A stretch of 64,000 bases of DNA from Candidatus Dojkabacteria bacterium (GCA_040006935.1 JBDTVZ010000002.1:208174-272173), one strand, 5' to 3'; shown: positions 47,883-58,221, counted from the stretch's first letter. Made by a program: numbers and translations. Notes: generated by a model not told the origin, from the sequence alone.

Positions 47883-48530
47883 CTAGACCAGAACTTTATT
47901 CTCCTCAACAAATTTCAGTGCACTGACAGTCCTAAGAATTGCCTCTTGCACCTCCCCTTCATAATCATAAGGATTGAAAAGCCAAGGATTGTAGCATTCA
48001 AGCTGAATTACATCCGTTAGTCTCCCTGATTTGAAATGCTCACCTCTCAGGATTCCAGTCTGAACATAACCTGATTTTTCCAGTGTTCTACGAGATGCGG
48101 GATTAATGAGTCCACTCTTCTCATCCCAATGAACAGTGCTCTTAAGTTTAAATCTTGGTTCCTTCAATTGTGTGAAGAGGTACCAATTTCTAAACATATG
48201 AGCTACGCTGCCAATCCCTTTCCCTCGATAATCGGCTATAGTAATCATACTGCCTGTTGTGGCATTGTTTCCATCGAAGTGGGCAGACCAAATTCCTATG
48301 AGCTTAGAGTCAACTTCTACTCCCATTACAAAATCAGTCTTACTTTCATATGCATTCTCTATCCATTTTTCCTCCGATTTCTCAGATGGAACGTAAATAC
48401 TTGCAATTGTCTGAGAGGTTACAGACGATCTCATGAATTCTGCTAATAGCGCAGCCTCGTTCATTCGAATGTCTCGGAATGTAATCTCAAGACCCGACAG
48501 AGTCTTAATGCGGTGTGTTCTCGGTTGCAT
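47883..48530 (-). CDS. GNAT-family N-acetyltransferase (RimJ/RimL-like)
   Basis: YRGKGIGS motif. The start is set at MQPRTH, which is preceded by AAGGAG; the ORF extends to 48608 from a GTG. Gene GC is about 42%, against about 31% in its flanks. Confidence 0.6.
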   Translation of the reverse strand: MQPRTHRIKTLSGLEITFRDIRMNEAALLAEFMRSSVTSQTIASIYVPSEKSEEKWIENAYESKTDFVMGVEVDSKLIGIWSAHFDGNNATTGSMITIADYRGKGIGSVAHMFRNWYLFTQLKEPRFKLKSTVHWDEKSGLINPASRRTLEKSGYVQTGILRGEHFKSGRLTDVIQLECYNPWLFNPYDYEGEVQEAILRTVSALKFVEENKVLV

Positions 48531-48655
48531 TCTGAATCTCCTTATTGATTGAATTGTTAAAGGTCTAGCATTTGTGTCAGTAACGAGGATGAGTATGTAC
48601 ACTAGCACCTCCTTTCATAGGTTACTGACACAATTAAACCTCCAAGGAAATTTCA

Positions 48656-48681
48656 ATAAAAAAGCCTCCACTTGGAGGCTT
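48656..48681 (-). terminator. intrinsic terminator (minus strand) following a 35-codon ORF
   Basis: aaaaaaagcctccacttggaggctt reads on the minus strand as aagcctccaagtggaggcTTTTTTT. Confidence 0.5.
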
Positions 48682-48853
48682 ATCTGAATCTGTAAATCTT
48701 TTTAAATTGAAGAATTAGATAAGCCACAAGAAATAACCATTTGATCAAGATATTCTCCTGAAATGGCCTTACAAATTACGTCTTGTGTTTTAAATCTAAA
48801 TATATTCATATTAAGGATTATACTATAGGGGGATATCTAATACAATCGATTTT

Positions 48854-49591
48854 GTGATATTATCTCTCAAATTCTTAATCACTATGCAACCTTTCAGAGC
48901 TCATCACATTAGGGATTTATCTCTTCTCTTAAGGGGTATTAACTCTACAATAAAAGTTTACTCCTGCACCTTAGAAGTCGCCATTGAGAAAGAAGTGACT
49001 AAAGAGTTTAAAGGTCGTGCTGATTATTATCTAAAGGTAGTAAAGGGAGAGGCTAAAGATTATGAAATGGAAGACTTAGACCGTGCAGTCAATTATATCG
49101 GCCCACAAGGAGAAAATTACGATCGATTTATCTTGAAGTACATAACTTTCTTTAAACAAGTAATTTTTAGTATACACAATAATCCAGAGCATATAATAAG
49201 GATTCAGACAGACCCGTCTGATATATGTGTAGGCTGCTGGCTTGCAGAGATGAGAAAATTTGGTAAACATTGTATTCAGGATATAAATATACCTGTTGAG
49301 CAACAAAATTTCTACTTTCCTTTATACGATCAGGATGTTGTAATAGTTCAAAGCATAGCAAGAAAATTAGGGAAAGAAATTATTACAGATTCTGGCATCG
49401 TTGAAGGAATGAAAAATAATTTTATAGAAATTACTGCCGGAGAACTTGAAGATGAATTTTATAGAGAAAATGGAGAGTTTAATTACAAGCTGATGTATTG
49501 GATATCAGCTGATTTAGCTCAACATTACAAAACTATTGGGCAGGAAAATAAATTTGATAAGATCTACTATATTTACAACCGTTATTCTTAA
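48854..49591 (+). CDS. hypothetical protein with CxxC...C cluster
   Basis: 245 aa, DICVGCWLAEMRKFGKHC, no family recognised. Followed by bidirectional terminator hairpin 49594-49623. Confidence 0.4.
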   Translation: MILSLKFLITMQPFRAHHIRDLSLLLRGINSTIKVYSCTLEVAIEKEVTKEFKGRADYYLKVVKGEAKDYEMEDLDRAVNYIGPQGENYDRFILKYITFFKQVIFSIHNNPEHIIRIQTDPSDICVGCWLAEMRKFGKHCIQDINIPVEQQNFYFPLYDQDVVIVQSIARKLGKEIITDSGIVEGMKNNFIEITAGELEDEFYRENGEFNYKLMYWISADLAQHYKTIGQENKFDKIYYIYNRYS

Positions 49592-49593
49592 AT

Positions 49594-49623
49594 AACCCCT
49601 GAAGTCTAGCGACCTCAGGGGTT
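49594..49623. terminator. bidirectional terminator hairpin between convergent genes
   Basis: aacccctga-agtctagcgacc-tcaggggtt: 9-bp GC-rich stem flanked by A/T-rich sequence on both sides. Confidence 0.5.
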
Positions 49624-49630
49624 ATCTCTA

Positions 49631-51733
49631 TTACAATCTTATAATTGGAACTGACATAACTAATGCCAAATTACCTGCATCATCTCGTGCTTGTACTTGA
49701 ATTGTATGTGTTCCTTTCCAATCTCCAACAACCAAAGCTTTAGTAGGGGTAAATGCTTCCCATGCTGTCCATGCTGTGCCATCAATAGAATACCTTAGCA
49801 TAATATTTCCAGACCCTGGCATTGGTCCAGGTAAAGGTGCATCACTTCCACCGTTATAAAGCAAAACATTGGTATCATATATTGTACCTGCAGTAGAAAC
49901 ACTTGTACCAGGATAAACTGTATCCAAAGCTATACTGTCGCAGTAAATTTCCGAGATTGTTCCTACGCTATTTTTTGCTTGAATACATACATACCTCATT
50001 CCGTTAACTGAGCCATTTAAAGTGAAATAAGTTGGTGTAGGGATGTTAAGCCAAGGAGTAGTTGCAATTGCAGATGCCGACTCAGCGTACCTATATTGAG
50101 TTAATACAGTTCCAGGGCCAGTAGAAATAGCTGTGCTTAATGATAAAGCTGTACTATTTGTATATGCTGCATTATTATTTATGGTAACTCTAGCAATCAC
50201 TGATCCTTTAAATGTAATACTATCAGTTGCAAAATGATCTCCTGCTTGGGATACATATTCGTTGCCAGCTTTATCCTTTACTTTTAAATAGACAGAAAGT
50301 AATTGTCCTTCTATTATTTGATCTCCATCAAAAGATATAGCCCAAATATTTAGTCCTTCTGCCATATTTTGCCATGGGGAATAAGTAATACCACCATCTA
50401 AAGAATAACTGAATGTTCCTACTCCACTTTCACTATCAGTTGCAGTAAACATAATATAGTTTGCTGGATTATTGGTAATTGCAGGATTGCTTAAATCGCC
50501 GCTAATAGAACTTAGTAAAACTGACGTAATAAGAGGAGTTGTTATATCCTTAGGTGGTTCTACATAATAAGTTATTGAATCCTGTGCAGGAAGAGTCCTG
50601 GCTTCTGCAGATTGTGCTTCGTTTCCTGCATTATCTTTGACCTTTAAATATGCGGTTAGAGTTTGATTTTGAGCAACTGTTCCAAAATCTACTGGTACGC
50701 TATTTAAACCATTAATCATGTTGGACCAACTAGTAAAGTTAGTTCCATCTAAAGAATAACTATACATTCCTATTCCACTCTCACTATCTGTAGCGGAGAA
50801 CATTAGATAATTTTGTGCTTTATCAGTTTTTTCTGGATTACTTAAATCTCCGCTTACTGGACTTAAAAGAATCGTTGTAATAGTTGGAGCTGTTGTATCC
50901 TTTGGTGGTTCTACGTAATAAATAATAGAATCTTGAACAATTGAAGCTTGATTTCCAGCTAAATCCTTAACTTTAAGATAAGCTATTAGCACTTGGTTTT
51001 GATTTACAGTTCCGAAATCTACTGGTATTGAATTTAAAGTTGTACTCATTTTTGACCATGGTGAGTAATTAGTTCCATCTAAAGAATAACTATACATTCC
51101 TATTCCACTTTCACTATCTTTAGCGGAGAACATTAAGAAGTTTTTTACTGTATTAGTTTTTTCTGGATTACTTAAATCTCCACTTACTTGGCTTAATAAA
51201 ACATTGTAAACAACTGGGGTTGTTTTATCGATTGGTGGCTGAGGTGGAACTTGAGGCGGAGTAACTATACCTGTAATAACTACTGTTGCTTGTGCGGTTA
51301 CAATCTTTCCTCTTTGATCCCCTACTTGTATATATTTTGTGTAAGTCCCTGGTCCTGGGAATGTAACTGTTTCCTCAATTTTATTTGATCTTAATGGCCA
51401 GAAATCCCATTCACCAGCAATGTTTCTTTTCCTAAGTTCTTTAGCTGGGACTTGTTCTAATTGTGGAAGTAAATGCCATTGACCAAAGACATCTGCAAAT
51501 CTTTCACCAATATCTTCTTTTGGAATGCTTGGAAGTGAATATCTTACTTTTACTGTTAAGCTACTTGTAGTAGTTACAACAGTATTATTAACTAAGAATT
51601 CAACTTTTGGGCTATAGACAGGATAAGAGGGCTGACAGCTTGGCGGTGAGAATGAATGTGCTGAGAGTTTCTGAGGTAATAAGATGAGAATAAACGCTAA
51701 GGTGAGTATAGATAGAATAGTTTTTAACCTCAT
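49631..51733 (-). CDS. large secreted surface protein with three ~108-aa tandem Ig-like repeats
   Basis: Signal peptide. The block ...L.SPVSGDLSNPEKT....MFSA.DSESGIGMYSYSLDGTN...LKVKD.AGN occurs three times (about aa 170-500). Confidence 0.5.
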   Translation of the reverse strand: MRLKTILSILTLAFILILLPQKLSAHSFSPPSCQPSYPVYSPKVEFLVNNTVVTTTSSLTVKVRYSLPSIPKEDIGERFADVFGQWHLLPQLEQVPAKELRKRNIAGEWDFWPLRSNKIEETVTFPGPGTYTKYIQVGDQRGKIVTAQATVVITGIVTPPQVPPQPPIDKTTPVVYNVLLSQVSGDLSNPEKTNTVKNFLMFSAKDSESGIGMYSYSLDGTNYSPWSKMSTTLNSIPVDFGTVNQNQVLIAYLKVKDLAGNQASIVQDSIIYYVEPPKDTTAPTITTILLSPVSGDLSNPEKTDKAQNYLMFSATDSESGIGMYSYSLDGTNFTSWSNMINGLNSVPVDFGTVAQNQTLTAYLKVKDNAGNEAQSAEARTLPAQDSITYYVEPPKDITTPLITSVLLSSISGDLSNPAITNNPANYIMFTATDSESGVGTFSYSLDGGITYSPWQNMAEGLNIWAISFDGDQIIEGQLLSVYLKVKDKAGNEYVSQAGDHFATDSITFKGSVIARVTINNNAAYTNSTALSLSTAISTGPGTVLTQYRYAESASAIATTPWLNIPTPTYFTLNGSVNGMRYVCIQAKNSVGTISEIYCDSIALDTVYPGTSVSTAGTIYDTNVLLYNGGSDAPLPGPMPGSGNIMLRYSIDGTAWTAWEAFTPTKALVVGDWKGTHTIQVQARDDAGNLALVMSVPIIRL
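50236..51226. repeat. three tandem ~325-bp coding repeats inside surface-protein gene
   Basis: Near-identical nucleotide blocks: for example gttccatctaaagaataactatacattcctattccactctcactatc near 50740 and 51070, and ggattacttaaatctccgcttac near 50830 and 51170. Confidence 0.7.
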
Positions 51734-51824
51734 GTCTTATATAATAATAAGTATTATTAGAAGGGCTATAGAGTCAGTATAATCCGGTCTATATCGGGAT
51801 TATAGCAGTTTTTTATAACGAAGA

Positions 51825-52184
51825 TTATTTTTTAATACTAGAGGTCTTTTGTAGGTTTTTATTCTCTTCTATAAGAAGTTCGATTGCTTTGTATGTTAGC
51901 TCGTTAAATTTTTGCTGTCTCATACTCTGTTTTTCGATTACATTAATAGTGGTATTAATAAGTTTTCGCTGAACTATTGATTTTATCTTTCCGAGAAAAC
52001 CTCCTCTATCTTTTGCCTGCATATAATATATAGACTCTAAAGTATCCTTAGATCCTTTTAGTCCAGGTAAAATAAATTCCTCTAACATTTCGGATGCAGT
52101 TTTATCTGTTCGGTCTAAATCAATGCCTTCTTCTAGTAATAATTCTCTAGTTTTTTTTAATATTTGTTCTTCTGTTAGTGCCAT
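51825..52184 (-). CDS. hypothetical small cytoplasmic protein
   Basis: 119 aa, charged, no motif. Sits between the PD40-like gene and the repeat surface protein gene. Confidence 0.35.
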   Translation of the reverse strand: MALTEEQILKKTRELLLEEGIDLDRTDKTASEMLEEFILPGLKGSKDTLESIYYMQAKDRGGFLGKIKSIVQRKLINTTINVIEKQSMRQQKFNELTYKAIELLIEENKNLQKTSSIKK

Positions 52185-52200
52185 TTACTTTAAATAATAA

Positions 52201-53322
52201 TTATAAATTAACAGTTGATAAGTCTCTAAAACTTACTTCTTTTGCCACATCTATCAAAAAGAAATCTTCGAATTGATTATTTTCAGTATTTAACCAATCT
52301 CCGTTTGACAAACTCAATGCGACATTGTTAGTTTTATAGCATTTGGTTTTAGAAAAATCTATAGTCAAATCCCCAATAGATTTCGAAGCAATATTCACCA
52401 GTGGAGTATTGTCGATATTAAAAGTATCTACGAATAATTTGTCTTCTTCGTTTTTTTGCACTCCCAAAACAACTTTTTCTGTAACTCCACAAAGTGGATA
52501 GAAATTCTTTGCATTTGTGATTTCGATTGCATTTGAATTTCCAAAAGTATGTCTGTAAACTTTCCCATCCATGGATGATAGGATTATATTGTTTGAATCT
52601 TTTGTATAAACAATATTAGATATTACTAGTGCTTTATTATCTGTTGAGTTAAGTACTTTATTCAAATTGTATGCCAAAGTTCCATCTGTGTTAAAGAAAG
52701 CAAAGCTGGATTCATCGTTATTGGAATTTAATTTAACAACCATGGATTTTGCATCAGCAGCGATTGCGAAAAGCGTTCCCTCTGTTTTATTTAGTTTAGT
52801 AATTTCTCCTGAGACATAAATATATTGATGAATCCAATGCTCTGGTGCTGTTCCTTGTGTAAATAAAATTATATTTGAATCTTTCCAAATGTAACTATCA
52901 ATTCCTGTATTTGTTTGATTAAAAGTTGTAGCCTTTTTCCATAATCGATCTTTTAAATTAAAAATATATAAATCGAAAATATTCTCCCCCGATTTCCCAA
53001 GTACTGATAGCAATTTCCCATCTGGAGACCATTTTATGTCTTTCCAATTTGTTTTATCTAGATTGATTGGGATAATTTCATTCTGACTATTTTTAAGCTG
53101 AATTGTATCTTCTGAAGTTATTAAAGCTATATCAAAATTATCAATATTTCCGTCGTTTATTGAAATTATATTTCCATCTGTAGAACTACTTACTGGTTTT
53201 GAAACTGGCGGATTAGTAGTATGAATAACTGGTGTAGATGCTAAAAGAAATATTGTTGTAATTACTCCTGCAGCAACAATTATAAATACTAAAGATAGGA
53301 AAATTAGATTTTTAGCTTTCAT
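52201..53322 (-). CDS. secreted PD40/TolB-like beta-propeller-repeat protein
   Basis: N-terminal anchor, WSPDGKLLSVLGKSG blade motif. Confidence 0.4.
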   Translation of the reverse strand: MKAKNLIFLSLVFIIVAAGVITTIFLLASTPVIHTTNPPVSKPVSSSTDGNIISINDGNIDNFDIALITSEDTIQLKNSQNEIIPINLDKTNWKDIKWSPDGKLLSVLGKSGENIFDLYIFNLKDRLWKKATTFNQTNTGIDSYIWKDSNIILFTQGTAPEHWIHQYIYVSGEITKLNKTEGTLFAIAADAKSMVVKLNSNNDESSFAFFNTDGTLAYNLNKVLNSTDNKALVISNIVYTKDSNNIILSSMDGKVYRHTFGNSNAIEITNAKNFYPLCGVTEKVVLGVQKNEEDKLFVDTFNIDNTPLVNIASKSIGDLTIDFSKTKCYKTNNVALSLSNGDWLNTENNQFEDFFLIDVAKEVSFRDLSTVNL

Positions 53323-53966
53323 TGGTTTGGGAACGAAACATATAAAATATCGGATATAACATCTTCAACATTAATTATAGAATCAACATAATCTGTTTTT
53401 ACAAATAGGCCAGCTGTAAAAATATTCTGGCTATTACACAGGAATCCAATTCTTGGATTGTAACTTTGATACGTAATTAGAAGAGTTTTTGTTACCTTAA
53501 AATCTTCATTTAAACTATTACAGACATCATAGACTGTGTTGGCTAAGTTCGCAACTTTGTAACGGGATTCGGGAAGTGTTTTAAAGTATTTATTAATTTT
53601 TGTAATATCAAAGTTCACTTGATTTGAATCGTTTATTATAAAAATATAAATATCTTTAACTTTTCGTGAGTTATATAAATCTAAACTTTTTTGTAAAGCA
53701 TCATTCCAAAAGCCGCTTGCGTTAGATAAATCACTTATTTTTAATACAATTGTAACGTTGAACAGTTCCTCCGGGATATGTGTATCATCTTTTATAATTC
53801 TTGCATTATATGATGCTACCACTGAATATATTCCCAGTGCACCGACTAGAAATATAGCAAGAAGTATAGGAATTATAAACTTTAAAAAATTCTTGATATT
53901 TATATACTTGCTTAATTGTATTTGAAATTTATTTTTGATTCTTGCGAATCGCATGTTACTCTCCAT
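53319..53966 (-). CDS. hypothetical membrane-anchored protein
   Basis: N-terminal TM FLKFIIPILLAIFLVGALGIYSVV. Overlaps the next gene by 4 nt. Confidence 0.4.
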   Translation of the reverse strand: MESNMRFARIKNKFQIQLSKYINIKNFLKFIIPILLAIFLVGALGIYSVVASYNARIIKDDTHIPEELFNVTIVLKISDLSNASGFWNDALQKSLDLYNSRKVKDIYIFIINDSNQVNFDITKINKYFKTLPESRYKVANLANTVYDVCNSLNEDFKVTKTLLITYQSYNPRIGFLCNSQNIFTAGLFVKTDYVDSIINVEDVISDILYVSFPNQ

Positions 53967-54117
53967 TTAGTTATTATACGGTTAATAAAAAAATGAAGAA
54001 ATGGGAAAAGTTATCATTCTTTTTGGTAATTGATGTTATTTTGGCCAATCTATGGAGAAATGTAAACCTCCTCGCTTACACTGCTACAAAAGTAGATGAG
54101 ATGGTAAAGTAATGATA

Positions 54118-54858
54118 TTAATTCTTCCTATAAACTACATAGTAATTCAAATCTTCGCTTTTGCCATCAGCGTAATAAGAATCAATTCTTGTGATTAGTA
54201 AATTTTCTTCTAACTTTAAAGCTTCAGTTTCGTTTACAAAATGACAAAATCTTTTTGCTCCATTTTGCCCAAAAGGCAATTCGTAATCGTTTTCTCGAGC
54301 TATTTTTTTTGCTTTGAATTTTAATTTTGAATCTTTTAAAAATTGCCAATAAGCTACTACCAGAATTCCACCTTTTTCTAATAATTTTGCCGCAGATTCT
54401 AGTAAATTTCTTCTAAGCTGAAAACTTTCGATATGATGAATTAAGCCAAAGCTGACAATTAAGTTGAAAGATCCATCAATATTTTTAGACCAATCCATAG
54501 TATTTAAATCTATTGTCTCAAAATTGATTTGAGATTTTTGCTCACCATGTCTGACGGTAGTCAGGTCGCTCTTCGATACTAGTTCTTTGAATTCAGCTCT
54601 TGCTATATTCAACAAAATCTTTGAATTATCTACTCCGACATATCTTTCGATTTTGACATCCTGATCTAATAAATACTTTAGGAAACGTCCATTCCCACAA
54701 CCCAAATCCAGAACTGCAAGCTCACTTTTAACTATTAACTCTTCACTTTTAATTAATTTCTTCCATCCTTTCCAAGGAGATTGCCTAGTTTTTGAGAATT
54801 CTTTTGCGTGTGTTGAGTATAAATCCATAAAATAATTATAGCATTCAGTCATGAGCAC
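54118..54858 (-). CDS. class I SAM-dependent methyltransferase
   Basis: VLDLGCGNGRFLKYL (motif I). Confidence 0.75.
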   Translation of the reverse strand: MLMTECYNYFMDLYSTHAKEFSKTRQSPWKGWKKLIKSEELIVKSELAVLDLGCGNGRFLKYLLDQDVKIERYVGVDNSKILLNIARAEFKELVSKSDLTTVRHGEQKSQINFETIDLNTMDWSKNIDGSFNLIVSFGLIHHIESFQLRRNLLESAAKLLEKGGILVVAYWQFLKDSKLKFKAKKIARENDYELPFGQNGAKRFCHFVNETEALKLEENLLITRIDSYYADGKSEDLNYYVVYRKN

Positions 54859-54929
54859 AGACTCTATAGCTAGAAATTAATAACTATCTGCTATAATCAG
54901 TTGTTTGATATCTAATGTCTGTAATCTAA

Positions 54930-56726
54930 ATGAACTACAACTTTGAACCCGAAAAATATAAAAAGGAACTAAAAGGCATTTTATTCGATGCTTTAAATTT
55001 AGAGAAATTTAATAAGAAGAAGTTTGAGAAAATTGTAAGAAATTACCCAAAGGACGGAAATAAAGTATTCAGTAAGGATCAGATAATTAGAGGAATTGAG
55101 TACTTAGTGCAATCGGATTTTGTACCCGAATATCAGGTTGTAAAATGTGAGGAATTAATTTCGAAGATTAGAATGAAACCTACTAGGTCAATTTCCGGAG
55201 TTACTACTGTAACTGTTTTAACCAAACCTTTTGCTTGCCCCGGACAATGTATTTTTTGCCCAAACGATGTGCGAATGCCTAAGAGTTATATTGCCACAGA
55301 ACCTGGTGCACAACGAGCTTTGTTTAATCGATTTAGCCCTTACCTTCAAGTGTATGGAAGATTACAGGCTTATAAAAATAATGGCCATCCTATTGAGAAA
55401 ATTGAACTTTTAATCTTAGGTGGAACCTGGTCGTATTACACAGAAAAATATAAGCTTTGGTTTATTCATGAATGTTTTAGAGCGATGAATGATTTCTCAT
55501 TGCTCTCTGCACCTAGTGCGGAAGAAGATGTGACACTAGATCACACCATTAAAGAGGAATTAAATAACGATATTAATGATACTTTGAGGCAAAAGATTGG
55601 CAATAAACCATACAATCAGTTAATCGTCTCCAAAGAGTATAAAGAGTTATTTGCAAAAAATATTGTAGATGAAACCGAAGTATCTTGGGAGGATTTGTTT
55701 AAACAGCAGGAGATCAACTCTCATGGAATTGTAAGGTGCGTTGGATTGGTTTTGGAAACAAGATCTGATGTTATAAACGAGAAAGAAACCCTGATGATGC
55801 GACAGTTAGGAGCAACTAAGATTCAAGTTGGAATTCAAACTTTGGATGATAAGATTAGCAAAATGAATAAAAGAGGTGAGAATAAAGATCAGGTTGCGAA
55901 GGCTTTTGAATTTTTAAGAGCTGCTGGCTTTAAGATTCATGCTCACATGATGCCAAACCTTTATGGTGCAACTCCAGAAATTGACTTGAAAGTTTATAAA
56001 GAACTTTTCGATTCTTTAGATTTTAAACCAGATGAACTTAAAATCTATCCGACATCGATTATTAAACACACAGAGCTATCTGATAGGTGGCAGGAAGGTA
56101 AATTTATACCTTACACTACTGAAGAATTAATTAAACTTCTAGCAGATATGATGGAACAAACTCCAGAATACTGCAGAATAACTAGAGTTATTAGAGACAT
56201 ACCTTCTACAGAAATTGAAAGTGGAAACTTAACAACAAACTTAAGAGAAGTTGTGGAGCATATTTTGAAAAAAGACGGACGCGCAAATCCAAATATAAGA
56301 GCAAGGGAAATAAAAGGTAAACAAGTAAGTTTTGCAGATCTTAAGCTAGATATTATTGAATATGAAACAAAAAATACTACAGAATATTTTCTGCAATATA
56401 TAACAGAACAAAGGCAAATCGCCGGATTTTTAAGATTAAGCATTCCTAAAGAAAATAAAGAGAATGGAATTACTCCAGAATTGAACAATGCCGCAATAAT
56501 AAGAGAAATTCATGTTTACGGACCAAGTTTGAATTTAGGGAAAGATTCTTCCGGTCAAGCACAGCATTTAGGATTAGGAACAAAGCTAATAGAGAGAGCA
56601 AAGCAAATGGCAAAGGAGAAAGGTTTTAAAAAGCTAGCAGTGATTTCGAGTATTGGAACGAGGGAATATTATGAGAAAAGAGGATTCGAGCTAGGTGAGT
56701 TTTATCAGATGGCGGAGATAGACTAA
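54930..56726 (+). CDS. Elp3-family tRNA uridine(34) acetyltransferase homologue (radical SAM + GNAT)
   Basis: SGVTTVTVLTKPFACPGQCIFCPND (CxxxxCxxC radical-SAM cluster in Elp3 context), and the C-terminal GNAT QHLGLGTKLIERAKQMAKEKGFKKLAV. Confidence 0.85.
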   Translation: MNYNFEPEKYKKELKGILFDALNLEKFNKKKFEKIVRNYPKDGNKVFSKDQIIRGIEYLVQSDFVPEYQVVKCEELISKIRMKPTRSISGVTTVTVLTKPFACPGQCIFCPNDVRMPKSYIATEPGAQRALFNRFSPYLQVYGRLQAYKNNGHPIEKIELLILGGTWSYYTEKYKLWFIHECFRAMNDFSLLSAPSAEEDVTLDHTIKEELNNDINDTLRQKIGNKPYNQLIVSKEYKELFAKNIVDETEVSWEDLFKQQEINSHGIVRCVGLVLETRSDVINEKETLMMRQLGATKIQVGIQTLDDKISKMNKRGENKDQVAKAFEFLRAAGFKIHAHMMPNLYGATPEIDLKVYKELFDSLDFKPDELKIYPTSIIKHTELSDRWQEGKFIPYTTEELIKLLADMMEQTPEYCRITRVIRDIPSTEIESGNLTTNLREVVEHILKKDGRANPNIRAREIKGKQVSFADLKLDIIEYETKNTTEYFLQYITEQRQIAGFLRLSIPKENKENGITPELNNAAIIREIHVYGPSLNLGKDSSGQAQHLGLGTKLIERAKQMAKEKGFKKLAVISSIGTREYYEKRGFELGEFYQMAEID

Positions 56727-56741
56727 ATCTGATTGTTAACC

Positions 56742-57941
56742 CTACTTCATAAATCCTATAAATTTTAGATCATCTCTAGTTGAAATATTAGTTTCCTCTA
56801 TTGTTTTTTGTTCTACGTCCTCTAAGTATAACTTTCCTTTATTTGCAAAAGCCAATGTATTTCTATTTGTTGCTATTGTTAATTGATCTACCATATCTTT
56901 GCTAACAACTTCCTCCTCATTGACTATAGAGTTATTATCATCGACTTGATAACAAAAGATACCGTCTACATATTCAATTGAATCCTGATTACTCAACCCT
57001 CTAACTGCACACACTTTGCCTCCTATCCATGCAAGATTATATATTATGCTGAACTTGCCTTTGGAAGTTCCTCCCATTGTAATATTAGTATGGTTTGCAT
57101 CGATACAAAAATTACTACATGAAGATGTAGCTATTATTATAGTTTCAGGAGCCGAATAAGCTATTCCGTCTGTATAAGTAGACTCATCATATGTGGATAT
57201 TGCAACTCTATTTTGAGATTTATCTTTGGCAAGTATAAAGTATTTATATGGTATACCTACAGGAAATGAATCATATTGTATCAACATACTTTCTAGAACA
57301 TTACTAATCAACTTATCTTGCGAAAGGAAAGAGTAAAAAAACCTTTGCTCTTTGCCATCGGGTTTTGTCCACATAGAGTAAGCGAGGATATTATCTCCTA
57401 GCGCAAGTAATGGTGGATCATTACTAATTGTGTCCATATCTAAATCTATACCCACTTTAACTGGCTCTGAACCATTCACAATGTTAGCCTTAAATATATT
57501 CTTATTATGCTGATTGTAAACAAGAGCATTTTCATCATCTACTAAGTCGAAACTTAACACATCAGACTTTGAATACATTGTTGAAGTATCTGTATCCAAG
57601 TTATAAATTGATAATTGTCCAATAGATTTAGCAGATGAGAATCCAAATGAGTTCGTAGCATTAGAGCTGCTAGTCTCAATATATGCTAGTGTCTTTAATG
57701 AAGGCGAGATGACTAATTTATCGAAATGCTTTTCTGGTTCTGATATATTAATGGTTTTTAACCTATTTCCCGATAAATCAAAAATCTCTATTTTATCCGA
57801 ATATCCTAAAGCTATCTTATCAGCCAATGGTTCTTCTGAACTTTTCAGGATAAGTATAGATGCAATGGGAAGAAGGATTATTACTGCAAGTAATACTGCA
57901 AAATAGATTTTACTTTTCGTTTTATATCTTCTCAATCTCAT
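56742..57941 (-). CDS. hypothetical secreted PD40-like repeat protein
   Basis: N-terminal TM anchor; ISPSLKTLAYIE blade-like motif. Confidence 0.4.
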   Translation of the reverse strand: MRLRRYKTKSKIYFAVLLAVIILLPIASILILKSSEEPLADKIALGYSDKIEIFDLSGNRLKTINISEPEKHFDKLVISPSLKTLAYIETSSSNATNSFGFSSAKSIGQLSIYNLDTDTSTMYSKSDVLSFDLVDDENALVYNQHNKNIFKANIVNGSEPVKVGIDLDMDTISNDPPLLALGDNILAYSMWTKPDGKEQRFFYSFLSQDKLISNVLESMLIQYDSFPVGIPYKYFILAKDKSQNRVAISTYDESTYTDGIAYSAPETIIIATSSCSNFCIDANHTNITMGGTSKGKFSIIYNLAWIGGKVCAVRGLSNQDSIEYVDGIFCYQVDDNNSIVNEEEVVSKDMVDQLTIATNRNTLAFANKGKLYLEDVEQKTIEETNISTRDDLKFIGFMK

Positions 57942-58221
57942 TAATTACTTCTTATATATACTCCTTATATGTATCAGCTGGTAGACATTTTAGCATTATT
58001 ATCTGCTCCTGGGATAATAGATTAGATCTTCTCTCACAAGTTATCAAGATGAAAAGATGTTGCCACGATATAAGTTTCTAATCATAATTACTATAGGACA
58101 GTATGTTAAAAATTTTTATTGTAGAAGGATTCTGTGCGGATTTGAGTTCGGAGAGTTTCTATAAGATTATAGAGATTGGTCAGACTCATCTTCAAACAAA
58201 TAATACATTGACTAATTCAAC

